From Nitrosopumilus sp. (GTDB taxonomy: Archaea > Thermoproteota > Nitrososphaeria > Nitrososphaerales > Nitrosopumilaceae), in contig OY759726.1 in NCBI GenBank assembly GCA_963662625.1, forward strand, positions 1,440,001 to 1,504,000: a stretch of 64,000 bases of DNA, written 5' to 3'. Both the position numbers and the translations under genes were made by a program. The notes beneath the pieces are model-generated. The model saw nothing but the letters and a program-made list of their open reading frames with translations, was not told the origin of the DNA and did no database searches. The stretch's first letter is position 1, and the number at the start of each line of letters is the position of its first letter. Below are positions 1 to 13,345 of this stretch, piece after piece.

Positions 1-872
<872 letters not shown>

Positions 873-991
873 TAGACACGGAATGGCACGGGTGCACATA
901 GTCTCCGCACAAACCATCGATGCAATGCATCACGAGAGTGGTGTATGAAGGATGTAGCAGGCCCCCCCAACCCGGAGGGACTTGTGATGAT

Positions 992-4042
<3,051 letters not shown>

Positions 4043-4156
4043 CAATCATTTTTGATCACCCCTAGCGGATGCTGTGGGCGGCCGGCGCCGCCCGCCGTCT
4101 TTCGCCGGCGCCATGCGCCCGGGACCTGGGGATCCGCGGGCCCGCAGACGCCCCCG

Positions 4157-4358
4157 GGCGCCAGCAAGAAGGGTCACTGCCCGGCGCCAGCAAGAAGGGT
4201 CACTGCCCGGCGCCAGCAAGAAGGGTCACTGCCCGGCGCCAGCAAGAAGGGTCACTGCCCGGCGCCAGCAAGAAGGGTCACTGCCCGGCGCCAGCAAGAA
4301 GGGTCACTGCCCGGCGCCAGCAAGAAGGGTCACTGCCCGGCGCCAGCAAGAAGGGTCA
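4157..4358. repeat. Perfect tandem repeat, 26-bp unit ggcgccagcaagaagggtcactgccc, ~7.8 copies
   Basis: Units start at 4157, 4183, 4209, 4235, 4261, 4287, 4313 and 4339 (partial); no spacers. Confidence 0.97.
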
Positions 4359-4507
4359 TTCCTCGATGTCCGTCTGGAGTTCCTCGGGAAGCGTGGCCCA
4401 CCATTTTTCGTCAGACATCAACAGTGTTCTCCCAGACTGGCTAATAGATCTGCCGGTCAACTATTCATTCCCTTTGCGCAAGAAAACATGACAAGATCCG
4501 CGGCGCC

Positions 4508-5017
4508 CTAGTCCTTCTCGTAGGGGACGCCCCCGCCGTCCGGCACACCGCGGCGCCGGACCTTCACGACCACAGTGTTGCCTGCCTTGTTGAAGATCCT
4601 CTGCCTGTTGCTGTTCGTGAAGATCCACCCGAGGATCACGTCGACCGGCAACAGGAACGCCTTGCCGAAGCTGCTGATCAGGATCCCCGACAGGCCGGAC
4701 GCGCCGCCGTCCGCGCTGACCACCCTGAGGTTCAGGGCCCTCTTCCCGACGGACTGGCCCGTCCTGTGCTCCAGGATCGCCCAGTACGCGAAGAACACCA
4801 CGCTGGTCCAGAGGTAGCCCGCGCTCTCCGCCAGGAACCGCCCGGGTTCCATCTCCGACCCGGGATCCATGTCTTCCACGGGCTGCACGTCCGGCACGGG
4901 AACCGCCACCATGAACACCGCGCCCGATACCACGGAGATTATCACAAAGTCGATGAGCCACGCGAGGAACCTCTCGCTCCACCTGGCCACCTTCATCTCT
5001 GCGGTTCCGTCTGACAT
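4508..5017 (-). CDS. RDD family membrane protein
   Basis: A-x-W-x-E-R-FLAWLID, GQSVGKRALNLRVV and RQRIFNKAGNTVVV motifs. Confidence 0.9.
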   Translation of the reverse strand: MSDGTAEMKVARWSERFLAWLIDFVIISVVSGAVFMVAVPVPDVQPVEDMDPGSEMEPGRFLAESAGYLWTSVVFFAYWAILEHRTGQSVGKRALNLRVVSADGGASGLSGILISSFGKAFLLPVDVILGWIFTNSNRQRIFNKAGNTVVVKVRRRGVPDGGGVPYEKD

Positions 5018-5166
5018 GGAATCGGTTGGCTGTCCCGTCCTAATATGAATTGCGAGCAGGCCGGAATCCCGCGCCCCGGGCGCCCCCGCGGTTGGTTTTG
5101 AGCTGACCTCCGATCAACCCACGGCGCATGGCAAGCGCTTTAAGACGCCGGGTGGCATCAACTGCC

Positions 5167-5298
5167 ATGAAAGCACGGTTTTTAACGGTATGCACCTCCT
5201 GCGGCGGGAAGATCCAGCCGGGAAAGGAGATCTCCAAGAACGGGGACGAACTGTGGGTCCACAAGCATTGCGCCGAGGACGCAGAGGGACTCCCATAG
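5167..5298 (+). CDS. Small Cys/His zinc-finger-like protein (43 aa; not in ORF track)
   Basis: MKARFLTVCTSCGGKIQPGKEISKNGDELWVHKHCAEDAEGLP with CxxC...HxxC; TATA-like tttaa upstream. Confidence 0.75.
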   Translation: MKARFLTVCTSCGGKIQPGKEISKNGDELWVHKHCAEDAEGLP

Positions 5299-5398
5299 GC
5301 AGGAACGCGCCGCCTGGCAGGCGCCTGGCGTGCCCCCAGAGGGATCCGGGCGACTTGTCCGGCTCCAATGGGCCGGAACGCGCCTCCCGGCAGGCGCC
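5288..5398. repeat. Degenerate 38-bp direct repeat (32/38 identical) enclosing 35 bp
   Basis: 5288-5325 versus 5361-5398, period 73. Confidence 0.7.
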
Positions 5399-5464
5399 CC
5401 GCCCCGCCATTTTCCCGGGATCTTGGGCTAGGTTTTTATTTTGAATCTGGTATGCGACAGGTGA

Positions 5465-5851
5465 ATGCACGCCCAAAACGGCTCCATGATAAAGATGTAC
5501 GACGACAAGTGCGCCAGGCTCCTCGGGGAGGGCGAGATCAGGTTCGCGGGGATCGTCGACAAGGCCGGCAAGCTGGTGGCCGGGGGGTTCAAGGAGGGGC
5601 TGGTCCCGTACGAGGGCGACGAGACGCGCCTGCAGGCGTTCTTCGAGTTCGTGTCGCAGATATCGATCCGGAAGGAGTACGACCGGAGCCTGGGCCCGAT
5701 AAACTACCTGGCGGCGAGGCGGGACAAGGCCGTCCTGGTGAGCTTCCCCTTCCCCATCACGAAGATACTGCTGCTGGTATCCGCAGAGCCCACCGCCAAC
5801 ATCGAGAGCCTGGCAAGGAAGGTAGTCGAGATCTTCACGGACGTGAGGTGA
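5465..5851 (+). CDS. Thaumarchaeal DUF6659/roadblock-like protein
   Basis: IRFAGIVDKAGKLVAGG...YDRSLGPINYLAARRDK pattern; the start may be 5486 or 5495. Confidence 0.75.
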   Translation: MHAQNGSMIKMYDDKCARLLGEGEIRFAGIVDKAGKLVAGGFKEGLVPYEGDETRLQAFFEFVSQISIRKEYDRSLGPINYLAARRDKAVLVSFPFPITKILLLVSAEPTANIESLARKVVEIFTDVR

Positions 5852-5861
5852 CGGCGGGGGC

Positions 5862-6317
5862 GTGAAGGCGACGTTTGCGGCGGGGTGCTTTTGGCACGTC
5901 GAGGACCTGTTCAGGAAGACCCCCGGCGTCAGCGGCGCGAGGTCCGGCTACATAGGCGGGACGCTGGCGGACCCGACATACGAGGAGGTGTGCACCGGCC
6001 GGACGGGGCACGCCGAGGCCGTGGAGGTGGAGTACGATCCTGGCAGGGTGTCCTTCGAGGAGCTGCTCGACGTATTCTGGGACAACCACGACCCCACCAC
6101 GCTGAACAGGCAGGGCCCGGACGTCGGCGTCCAGTACCGCTCCGCCGTGTTCTTCCACGACGGGGCGCAGAGGGAGGCCGCGGAAAGGTCGAGGGACGCC
6201 CTGGGAAGCTCCGGGAGGTTCCGGGACCCGATAGTCACCGAGATCCTGCCGGCGCCCAAGTTCTACGAGGCCGAGGAGTACCACCAGAGGTACCTTGAGA
6301 AGCGCGGCATGTCATGA
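5862..6317 (+). CDS. msrA: Peptide-methionine (S)-S-oxide reductase
   Basis: AAGCFW, GYIGG, TGHAEAV, QYRSAVF and FYEAEEYHQRY motifs. Confidence 0.97.
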   Translation: MKATFAAGCFWHVEDLFRKTPGVSGARSGYIGGTLADPTYEEVCTGRTGHAEAVEVEYDPGRVSFEELLDVFWDNHDPTTLNRQGPDVGVQYRSAVFFHDGAQREAAERSRDALGSSGRFRDPIVTEILPAPKFYEAEEYHQRYLEKRGMS

Positions 6318-6347
6318 GGCCGCCCTGGAGCCCGGAATGCCACGTGG

Positions 6348-6782
6348 CTACTTTACGAGCAGCACGGGTATCTTGGAGGACTGGACGACGTAGTTCGAGA
6401 CGCTGCCGAGGAACATCTTCGTGAGCGTGCCCCTGCCGCGCGAGCCCAGGACCAGGATGTCAAAGCCCGCCTTCTTGTTGTTCGCCATCTTTATGATGTT
6501 GTACCCGGCGTCGCCGCGCGCGATCCTGCCCTTGCAGGCCACGCCGTTCTGCGCCGCTAGCGCCTCCGCGCGCTCTATGACCTTCCTGGCGGCCTCCTCG
6601 GCGCGCTTGCTCACGGAGCCCCTGCCGGCGAACTCCGATCCCGCGGGCGTCGCGGTCACGCACACGCACGTGAGCGACGCGCCAAACTGGCTCGCGAGCG
6701 ACACGGCCATCTTGAGGCTCTTGTTCGCTGTCTTCGTCCCGTCGCTGGCTACCAGGATCTTCCCGATCCCACTCCTTGCCAT
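6348..6782 (-). CDS. Universal stress protein (UspA family)
   Basis: KILVASDG and LVLGSRGRG...LGSVSNYVV...IPVLLVK. Confidence 0.93.
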   Translation of the reverse strand: MARSGIGKILVASDGTKTANKSLKMAVSLASQFGASLTCVCVTATPAGSEFAGRGSVSKRAEEAARKVIERAEALAAQNGVACKGRIARGDAGYNIIKMANNKKAGFDILVLGSRGRGTLTKMFLGSVSNYVVQSSKIPVLLVK

Positions 6783-6877
6783 GCGTATGGTGCCGTCCGG
6801 TCACTAAAAAACATATTCCCGCGGCGCCCCAGATCGCACGCCTCAGTCACGTTTATCCCTCCCGGGGTGTAGCACAA

Positions 6878-7681
6878 TTGGTGCAGGAAAACTTCATCAC
6901 CGTGGACGGGAACAGGATCAGGTACCTAGAGTCGGGCGATTCCGGGGATCCGCTTGTCATGCTCCACGGGCTGGGCGCGTCGGCTGAGCGCTGGGTCCGG
7001 GTGATCCCGGCCTTCGCGGACAGCTACCGGGTGGTGGTGCCGGACATGGTCGGGTTCGGGCTGAGCGACAAGCCGGCGGTCGACTACACCCCGGAGTTCT
7101 TCTCCGGCTTCCTGGCCGGCTTCCTCGCGGCCCTGGGGATCGGGAGCTCCCACGTGGTAGGCTCCTCCCTGGGCGGCGAGATCGCGGCCAACTTCGCGTC
7201 GACCAGCCCCGGCTCCGTGCGGGGGCTGGTGCTGGTCTCCCCGGCGGGGGTGATGCGCCACTCCACCCCGGCGCTTGACGCGTACATCATGGCCGCCATG
7301 TACCCGAACGAGCACAACGCCGGGAAGGCCTTCGAGATCATGGAGGGCTCCGGCAGGAGGGCCGACCGGGAGATAGTCGGCAGGTTCGTCAGGATGATGA
7401 GGATGCCAAACTCCAAGCTCGCGTTCATGTCGGCGCTGCTGGGCCTGAAGAACCACACGCTGCTTCCCGAAAGGCTCGGGCACATCAAGGCCCCCACCCT
7501 CGTGGTGTGGGGATCGGACGACCCGGTGATCCCCATAAGGTACGCCGACGCCTTCGTCTCGGCCATACCGGACTGCAGGTTGTCCAGGATGGACGACTGC
7601 GGCCACACCCCCTACGCCCAGCACCCCGGCAGGTTTTCTGACATCGTGCTCGAGTTCCTCTCCGGGCTTTCAAACGTTTAA
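6878..7681 (+). CDS. Alpha/beta hydrolase
   Basis: HGLG oxyanion motif, GSSLGG nucleophile elbow, WGSDD and CGH; TTG start inferred. Confidence 0.92.
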   Translation: MVQENFITVDGNRIRYLESGDSGDPLVMLHGLGASAERWVRVIPAFADSYRVVVPDMVGFGLSDKPAVDYTPEFFSGFLAGFLAALGIGSSHVVGSSLGGEIAANFASTSPGSVRGLVLVSPAGVMRHSTPALDAYIMAAMYPNEHNAGKAFEIMEGSGRRADREIVGRFVRMMRMPNSKLAFMSALLGLKNHTLLPERLGHIKAPTLVVWGSDDPVIPIRYADAFVSAIPDCRLSRMDDCGHTPYAQHPGRFSDIVLEFLSGLSNV

Positions 7682-7707
7682 ATATACGCTGATTCCCATC
7701 ATTACCA

Positions 7708-8133
7708 ATGGATGGTAATTACAACCAGTACGATCCCTCAAAGATGTTCAGGGACTGGATCCAAAAGAACGGCCGCGCACAGGCCGAGTTCGTGAAGAGC
7801 TTCGGCTCCCTCATGTCCAACCAGACGAGCCAGACCTTCAACCCCCTGGAGACGCTCAGGGAGGTGTCCGACGGTGCCAGGAACGCGCAGTCCCGGCTCA
7901 TGGAGGACGTCTCCTCCATGCAGAGCAGGGGAATCGACGCCATGTTCAACATCGGGAGGATGCTCCCGTCGTTTCTGAACTGGGGAGCGTACAAGACGGC
8001 CGTTGGCAGCAACGGCAGGATCTCGATCCCGGAGGCAGAGCGGAACGCCCTGGGCCTGGGAGAGGGCGACCTGGTGCAGGTAATTGTCCTTCCGATAGCA
8101 AACAAATCAACAGACAAGGAGGTGAAATCATGA
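7708..8133 (+). CDS. phaR: AbrB/SpoVT-domain regulator, haloarchaeal PhaR-like
   Basis: C-terminal YKTAVGSNGRISIPEAERNALGLGEGDLVQVIVLP AbrB fold; overlaps the next gene (ATGA). Confidence 0.65.
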   Translation: MDGNYNQYDPSKMFRDWIQKNGRAQAEFVKSFGSLMSNQTSQTFNPLETLREVSDGARNAQSRLMEDVSSMQSRGIDAMFNIGRMLPSFLNWGAYKTAVGSNGRISIPEAERNALGLGEGDLVQVIVLPIANKSTDKEVKS

Positions 8134-8558
8134 GCGAAACGAAACAAGCACAGGGCAACCCAAAGGACGTGTTTTCCGTGTACCAGCAGAGCGTAGACAA
8201 GCTCTTCAGCGGCGCGAAGCAGTCGATCCCGCAGTACCACCAGTCCATAACCAACGCGCAGCAGGAATGCATACAGGCGTTCGAGAGCGCCGTATCCACG
8301 GCGATCACGACGAACAGGGAGTTTGCGAGAAAGGCGGGCGTGGCGACCAGCGTGCCGGATGCGGCCACCAAGGCGATCCGCGACACGGCGGACGAGTTTG
8401 CAAAGGCCACCGCGATACAGAACCAGCTGGCGCTGGCGACGATCGACGCGGCGCAGCAGAACATCAAGGCGTTCGGCGACGGCGCGAAACTCGCGGCCGA
8501 GCTTAACAAGAACGTGGTCCAGTCGTGGATTGCGGCTTTTGCCACCAAGGGCAACTAG
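8130..8558 (+). CDS. phaP: Helical Ala/Gln-rich phasin-like protein
   Basis: All-helical amphipathic sequence coupled to the PhaR-like gene; function inferred from context. Confidence 0.55.
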   Translation: MSETKQAQGNPKDVFSVYQQSVDKLFSGAKQSIPQYHQSITNAQQECIQAFESAVSTAITTNREFARKAGVATSVPDAATKAIRDTADEFAKATAIQNQLALATIDAAQQNIKAFGDGAKLAAELNKNVVQSWIAAFATKGN

Positions 8559-8571
8559 GTTCCGGGACCGG

Positions 8572-8610
8572 GTTTTTTTCCATCCCCGGCAACGGCTTTT
8601 TTTTATCTTT
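8572..8610 (+). terminator. Oligo-T archaeal terminator candidate
   Basis: Two long T runs just after the 8558 stop, between convergent genes. Confidence 0.5.
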
Positions 8611-8683
8611 GATCTTCCCCGGCTGTGCGGGCCGCGCGCCACGCCTGGCTGACCCTGCGCCCGCGCGATCCCGCGGGGGCGCG

Positions 8684-10423
8684 CTAGATGAACATGGACG
8701 TGGCAAACAGGACGACCCCGCCCACCAGGAAGCACTTTGTTATCTTCAGCGCGTTGTCAAGCGCCCTCGAATAGTCCTCGAAGATGCCGCGCCCCATGAT
8801 CATCACGTCCGTCCTGTTCTCGAGGATCTCGTACTTTGCCTCGCTGGTCTGCGCCCCGGCGTCCGCCGCGATGTCGATCAGCCACCCGGCGAGCTTGTCC
8901 GTGCCCGTCATGAGGCCCAGGTGGTAGTACCCGTTCTTGTTCCTGGCCTTTACCGGGGCGTAGTGCGTGTCGGACGTGCAGATCTCCAGGAGCCGGTAGC
9001 CCCTGCCGGCGAACTCCTCGACGATCGCCTCCCTCACGCCGTTTTCCATGTTGTTCGCGTCGGCCCACCCGATGAAGTACTTCTTGCCGTTGATCTTCAG
9101 GCAGATGACCCCCAGGCCCCCCATCCCGAGGTCCTCGGTCCGCAGGCCCATGCCGTCGGAGTTGGCGTAGCCGAACTCGATCGGGAAGCTGTCCTTGGCG
9201 ATGAGCGAGTCCAGGCAGGACTTGGCGGCCTTCAGCATGTCCTCGGCGTCGTCCCTGGAGATCTCCGGCCCCATGGCGTTGTGGCAGTCGACGATCATCG
9301 GCTTGGAGTATTTCCTGTTCCCGGCGTGCCGCTCTATGTCCGTCTTCATGTAGTTCGGGATGTCCTCCATCCCGTGGGGCGACAGCGACAGGAAGAGGAG
9401 CGGGTTGTTGCCAAACGCCAGCCCTATGACCCGGGACTTGTTGATCTGCACCGTCACCGGCTCGGTGCACGCCAGCCCCTCCTCCCTGACGCTGCTCTTG
9501 CTCAGGCTCTTCAGGTAGTTCTCCACCTGGTTCTTCGACGGAAGGTTCAGCGCGTGGTCCGAGATGCTGTGCATCACCATGGCGGAGGAGTCCATGTTCT
9601 TGTAGATGAGGTACGGTATGTTGCTGCCGCCCACGGGGTGGAACGGCCCGGGGTGGACCTCGGGCAGCACCATCCTGAACTCCCTGCCGCCGTTCTCCGA
9701 ATGCAGCCTGATCTGGGAGGTCTCCACGGTGGTGCTGCTGGAGTGGCGCTCGATGATCCTCTCCACCTCGGTGTAGTCGTTTCCCTGGGACGCTATGTAC
9801 GCCTGGATCGTCTTGTGCGTGCTGTCCATGCTGGGCTTCCCGGCCCTGTCGGTAAGGATCGACCACACGCTGGCGATCACCAGGAACGCCGCCCCGTACC
9901 CCAGCGCCGCCGGGTCGGTCAGCATGGGGATCCAGGACTCCTGCGGCACCAGCACCAGGAACATCGGGAGCGGCTGGACGAAGCATATGGCCCACGCCTT
10001 CCTGACGCTCACCCCGAGCGTCGTGGTGTAGATCCCGATCCTGAAACTGGCCGACAGGAACATGCCAAACGACACGTAGAACAGCGACGGCTCCTTCGCC
10101 AGGACGACGCTGGCGAGCAGGCCGGCCAGCAGGGCGGCCACCCACAGCATGTTGGCAAAGAGCGACGAGTGCAGCGACTTTGAGTACTCCTTCTTCCTGG
10201 TGAACCGCGTGTCGAGCAGCTGGATCGCCGCCAGGATGCCGACCACGGCCGGGATCCTGGCCCAAAAGTCCCCCCCGCCCAGGTACCAGAGGTGGACGGT
10301 GGCCGTGATCGCCGCCGCTATGGCCAGCGAGGCGATGAGCGAGAAGTGGTGCGACGCCGGGTTGATCAGCGTCAGGGAGAACCGGTTGTGTATCTTGGAG
10401 ACGTCGTCCGAGGATCCTTCCAT
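8684..10423 (-). CDS. DUF2070 family membrane protein
   Basis: N-terminal transmembrane helices, then VHPGPF, DCHNA, DANN and TSDTH motifs. Confidence 0.85.
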   Translation of the reverse strand: MEGSSDDVSKIHNRFSLTLINPASHHFSLIASLAIAAAITATVHLWYLGGGDFWARIPAVVGILAAIQLLDTRFTRKKEYSKSLHSSLFANMLWVAALLAGLLASVVLAKEPSLFYVSFGMFLSASFRIGIYTTTLGVSVRKAWAICFVQPLPMFLVLVPQESWIPMLTDPAALGYGAAFLVIASVWSILTDRAGKPSMDSTHKTIQAYIASQGNDYTEVERIIERHSSSTTVETSQIRLHSENGGREFRMVLPEVHPGPFHPVGGSNIPYLIYKNMDSSAMVMHSISDHALNLPSKNQVENYLKSLSKSSVREEGLACTEPVTVQINKSRVIGLAFGNNPLLFLSLSPHGMEDIPNYMKTDIERHAGNRKYSKPMIVDCHNAMGPEISRDDAEDMLKAAKSCLDSLIAKDSFPIEFGYANSDGMGLRTEDLGMGGLGVICLKINGKKYFIGWADANNMENGVREAIVEEFAGRGYRLLEICTSDTHYAPVKARNKNGYYHLGLMTGTDKLAGWLIDIAADAGAQTSEAKYEILENRTDVMIMGRGIFEDYSRALDNALKITKCFLVGGVVLFATSMFI

Positions 10424-10430
10424 CGCCTTC

Positions 10431-10595
10431 TCACGGGGCCAGCAGCAGTTCTATCGCCCATGACACCGCGATCAGGCTTATGGGGACGGATATCACGATC
10501 TTCGGATCGACCTTCACGCCCTTCGTCTCGTCCTCGAAGAACCTCATCAGGCCCCCGCTGGACGCCGGCAGGGGTGCTGACTTTTTGCTGCTCAT
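10431..10595 (-). CDS. secG: Preprotein translocase subunit Sec61beta/SecG (54 aa; not in ORF track)
   Basis: MSSKKSAPLPASSGGLMRFFEDETKGVKVDPKIVISVPISLIAVSWAIELLLAP. Confidence 0.93.
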   Translation of the reverse strand: MSSKKSAPLPASSGGLMRFFEDETKGVKVDPKIVISVPISLIAVSWAIELLLAP

Positions 10596-10631
10596 GCCAT
10601 TTGAAACCGGAATTTTGCCATAAATACTTTA

Positions 10632-10970
10632 TCACTTGCCGAGCTTCTCCAGCGCCGCCAGGGCGGAGTTGATGGATCCCAGGATCTCCTGCTGCCTGCC
10701 GTGGTCCCGCTCCCCCTCCAGCTCCGCGGAGAGCTCGGCCAGCTTGCCCTCCAGGACGGCCCTCAGGCCGGGCCCAGCCGCGCGGCCGGCCGGGGGCGCC
10801 GCGCCCCTCCCGGGCGCCGCGCCCCCCCGCGGCTCGCTGCCGCACCCCACGCACAGCGCGTGCCCGTCCTTCATCACCCTGACCCCGGAACAGTAGGGGC
10901 AGGGCTCGCCGAGCAGGCTCGCGCCCCGGAGGAGCATATCCGCTGCCCTCTTTGTAAGGTCCGTCGTCAT
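10632..10970 (-). CDS. Autoantigen p27 (SSSCA1/UPF0148) zinc-ribbon protein
   Basis: ADMLLRGASLLGEPCPYC...LCVGC followed by a coiled coil. Confidence 0.85.
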   Translation of the reverse strand: MTTDLTKRAADMLLRGASLLGEPCPYCSGVRVMKDGHALCVGCGSEPRGGAAPGRGAAPPAGRAAGPGLRAVLEGKLAELSAELEGERDHGRQQEILGSINSALAALEKLGK

Positions 10971-11065
10971 GGCAACCCACCGATCCCATCTGAGGTCATC
11001 CCCATTTTATTTATCTGTACCCAAACAAGGCTTAATAATGTGAACGGCCAAGGCAAGTGGAACGT

Positions 11066-11374
11066 ATGGCGGTAATCTGTAACACGTGTGGCCTTCCTCA
11101 AGACCTTTGCGCCTGTGGCGAGCTTGCCAGGGACAGCACCAAAATCATCATCCGCCTGGAGACCAGGCGGTTCAAGAAAAAAGGCACCATGATCGAGGGG
11201 CTTGATCCCAAACTGAACAACCTCGAGACCGTCGCCAAGGAGCTCAAGAACAGGTACGCGTGCGGGGGGACCGCGAAGGACGGCTACGTCTTCCTGCAGG
11301 GCGACCACCGCGACACCATCAAGGACACGCTGATCAACCTGGGGTTCCCGGAACCCAACATCGAACTCCACTAG
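11066..11374 (+). CDS. sui1: Translation initiation factor aIF1 (SUI1)
   Basis: ICNTCGLPQDLCAC and ELKNRYACGGTAKDG...LQGDHR. Confidence 0.95.
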   Translation: MAVICNTCGLPQDLCACGELARDSTKIIIRLETRRFKKKGTMIEGLDPKLNNLETVAKELKNRYACGGTAKDGYVFLQGDHRDTIKDTLINLGFPEPNIELH

Positions 11375-11381
11375 GACCGAA

Positions 11382-12371
11382 TTGGAAGGACAGAGCAGGC
11401 TCCCCCACTACGTCGGGATCCCGCACCACGCGTTCACGTCGGTGATCCTGGGGATGATGCTGTTCTCCTTCCCCATGGGGGCGTTCGTCGTCTTCCACAC
11501 CGACGTCGGCCAGGAGATCAACTTCGAGGTGCCGCTGGGACAGCTCGGGGGGTACCGGGGGATCGACCTGGGGCCGCTCTCCGCGGTGGAGCTGGGCGAC
11601 GCGTTCCTGGCGGCGTGGTCCATTTACGCGGTTCTCTTCGCGGTGGCGATGCTGGGGCCCGGGGCCGGGTTCGTCGGGACGGTCTCCTCGGAGCTCTTCA
11701 GGGCTGGCGCCGCGGCGGGGCAGAACTACATGGTCTCGGCCATAAGGTGGTTCTCCATACTCGTCCTGGCGTCCGCCGCCATAAACTTCGTGCAGGAGGG
11801 CTTTGGCGTCTCGATCTTGCCGCCCGACGTCGGCAACGACCTGGAGATGTTCTTCTACGTCAGCATCTCGCCGCTGGTCGAGGAGGTGGCGTTCCGGGTG
11901 CTCCTGGTGGGGCTCCCGGCGTTCGCGCTATGCGGCAGCCGGCTCTCGGCGGGGCTCCTCCTGCGGTCCCTCTGGCACCCGGCCCGCGCCCTCCGGGCGG
12001 GTGGCTCGAAGAGGGTGGCGGCGGTGATAGTGCTGGTGGGCGTGATGTTCGGCCTCGCGCACGTGATGACCGGGGATCCCTGGAGCGAGGGGAAGTTCGC
12101 GCAGGCGTCGGCGGCGGGGATCATCCTGGGGTGGGTCTACTTCCGGTTCGGGTTCGTGGCGGCGCTGCTCATACACTGGGCGACGAACTACTTCGTGTTC
12201 GCGTACGTGAACTTCGTGGCCCAGGCCAGCGAGATGGCCGTCGGCGCGGCCTTCTCGCACTCGCTGGTGGCCACCATGGAGGTGCTGCTGCTGCTCTCCG
12301 GGATCCTGTCGCTCGCGGCGGTCGCCGTGGGGCGACTCCGCCGCCGGCGGGAGGGCGGGCTAGAGTTTTAG
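11382..12371 (+). CDS. CPBP (CAAX/Abi) intramembrane metalloprotease
   Basis: PLVEEVAFR, FGLAH and IHWATN motifs. Confidence 0.9.
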   Translation: MEGQSRLPHYVGIPHHAFTSVILGMMLFSFPMGAFVVFHTDVGQEINFEVPLGQLGGYRGIDLGPLSAVELGDAFLAAWSIYAVLFAVAMLGPGAGFVGTVSSELFRAGAAAGQNYMVSAIRWFSILVLASAAINFVQEGFGVSILPPDVGNDLEMFFYVSISPLVEEVAFRVLLVGLPAFALCGSRLSAGLLLRSLWHPARALRAGGSKRVAAVIVLVGVMFGLAHVMTGDPWSEGKFAQASAAGIILGWVYFRFGFVAALLIHWATNYFVFAYVNFVAQASEMAVGAAFSHSLVATMEVLLLLSGILSLAAVAVGRLRRRREGGLEF

Positions 12372-13268
12372 CGCCACCTTCAGGCCCTTGTACCTGTTCC
12401 TGATCGTGACCTCGGTCACGCCGGCCGCCTCGGCGACGTCGCGCTGCGTCTTGTTCTCGCCGTTGGTGACGCACGCCACGTACAGCGCGGCGGCGGCCAG
12501 GCCCATGGGGTCCTTGCCCGCCGAGATCTTGTTCTCCTCGGCGGTCTGCAGGATCTTGGTCGCCTTGCGCTTCGTCTTCTCGGACAGCTCCGCCTTGCTG
12601 GCGATCCTGGAGATGCACTTGATGGGATCCACCACGGGCATCTTCAGGTTCAGCTCCCTGAGAAGGAGCCTGTAGCACCTCGCGATGTCCTTCCGCTTGA
12701 TGTTGCTCGCCTGGCCTATGTCCTTGAGCGTCCTCGGGGTCTCCGTGTCCCTGCACGCGGCGTACAGCGCAGAGGCTATCAGCGCGGAGATCGAGCGGCC
12801 CCTGACGAGGCCCTTCTCCAGCGCCTTCCTGTAGATGTACGCCGCCTTCTCGATGACCGCGTCGCCCACCGCGAGCTTGTCCTTGAGCCTGTCCAGCTCG
12901 CTGAACGCCTGCCTGAAGTTCCTGTCCACGGGCTCGTGGACCTGGCTCCTGCTGTCCCACGTCCTGAGCCTCTCGATGGTGCTCTTCATGGACGCGGTGA
13001 GCGGCTTCCCCGTCGCGTCCCTGTTCTGCGGGTTGATGACGGTGGCCAGCCCCATGTCGTGCATAGCAAGCGACGTCGGGACGCCGGCCCTGCTCTTGTT
13101 CTCGCCCTCGTTGGAAAACGACCTCCACTCGGGCCCAGACTCCTCGATCTTGTCCGTTATGACAAAGCCGCACTTGCCGCAGTAGTTCTCGCCCGTGTTC
13201 GCGTCGGTGACCAGGGCGCCCTGGCCGCACCTTGGGCACCTGTCCTTTGGATTTACGTTCTTAACCAT
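12360..13268 (-). CDS. tfb: Transcription initiation factor IIB
   Basis: Zn ribbon CPRC...CGKCG, GPEWRSF, two cyclin repeats, GVTEVTIRNRYK. Confidence 0.98.
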   Translation of the reverse strand: MVKNVNPKDRCPRCGQGALVTDANTGENYCGKCGFVITDKIEESGPEWRSFSNEGENKSRAGVPTSLAMHDMGLATVINPQNRDATGKPLTASMKSTIERLRTWDSRSQVHEPVDRNFRQAFSELDRLKDKLAVGDAVIEKAAYIYRKALEKGLVRGRSISALIASALYAACRDTETPRTLKDIGQASNIKRKDIARCYRLLLRELNLKMPVVDPIKCISRIASKAELSEKTKRKATKILQTAEENKISAGKDPMGLAAAALYVACVTNGENKTQRDVAEAAGVTEVTIRNRYKGLKVALKL

Positions 13269-13345
13269 CTTTCAAACCTCACGAAACCGCCTATGCTAAT
13301 ATTTAACATTTACTGAATCATAATATATAAAACTGTCGTTGCCCC

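Noticed and set aside
4157-4358. 26-bp repeats as a CRISPR array
   Set aside because: Units are head-to-tail with no spacers
10795-10830. 18-bp duplication in the p27-like gene linker
   Set aside because: Ordinary short slippage in a GC-rich linker
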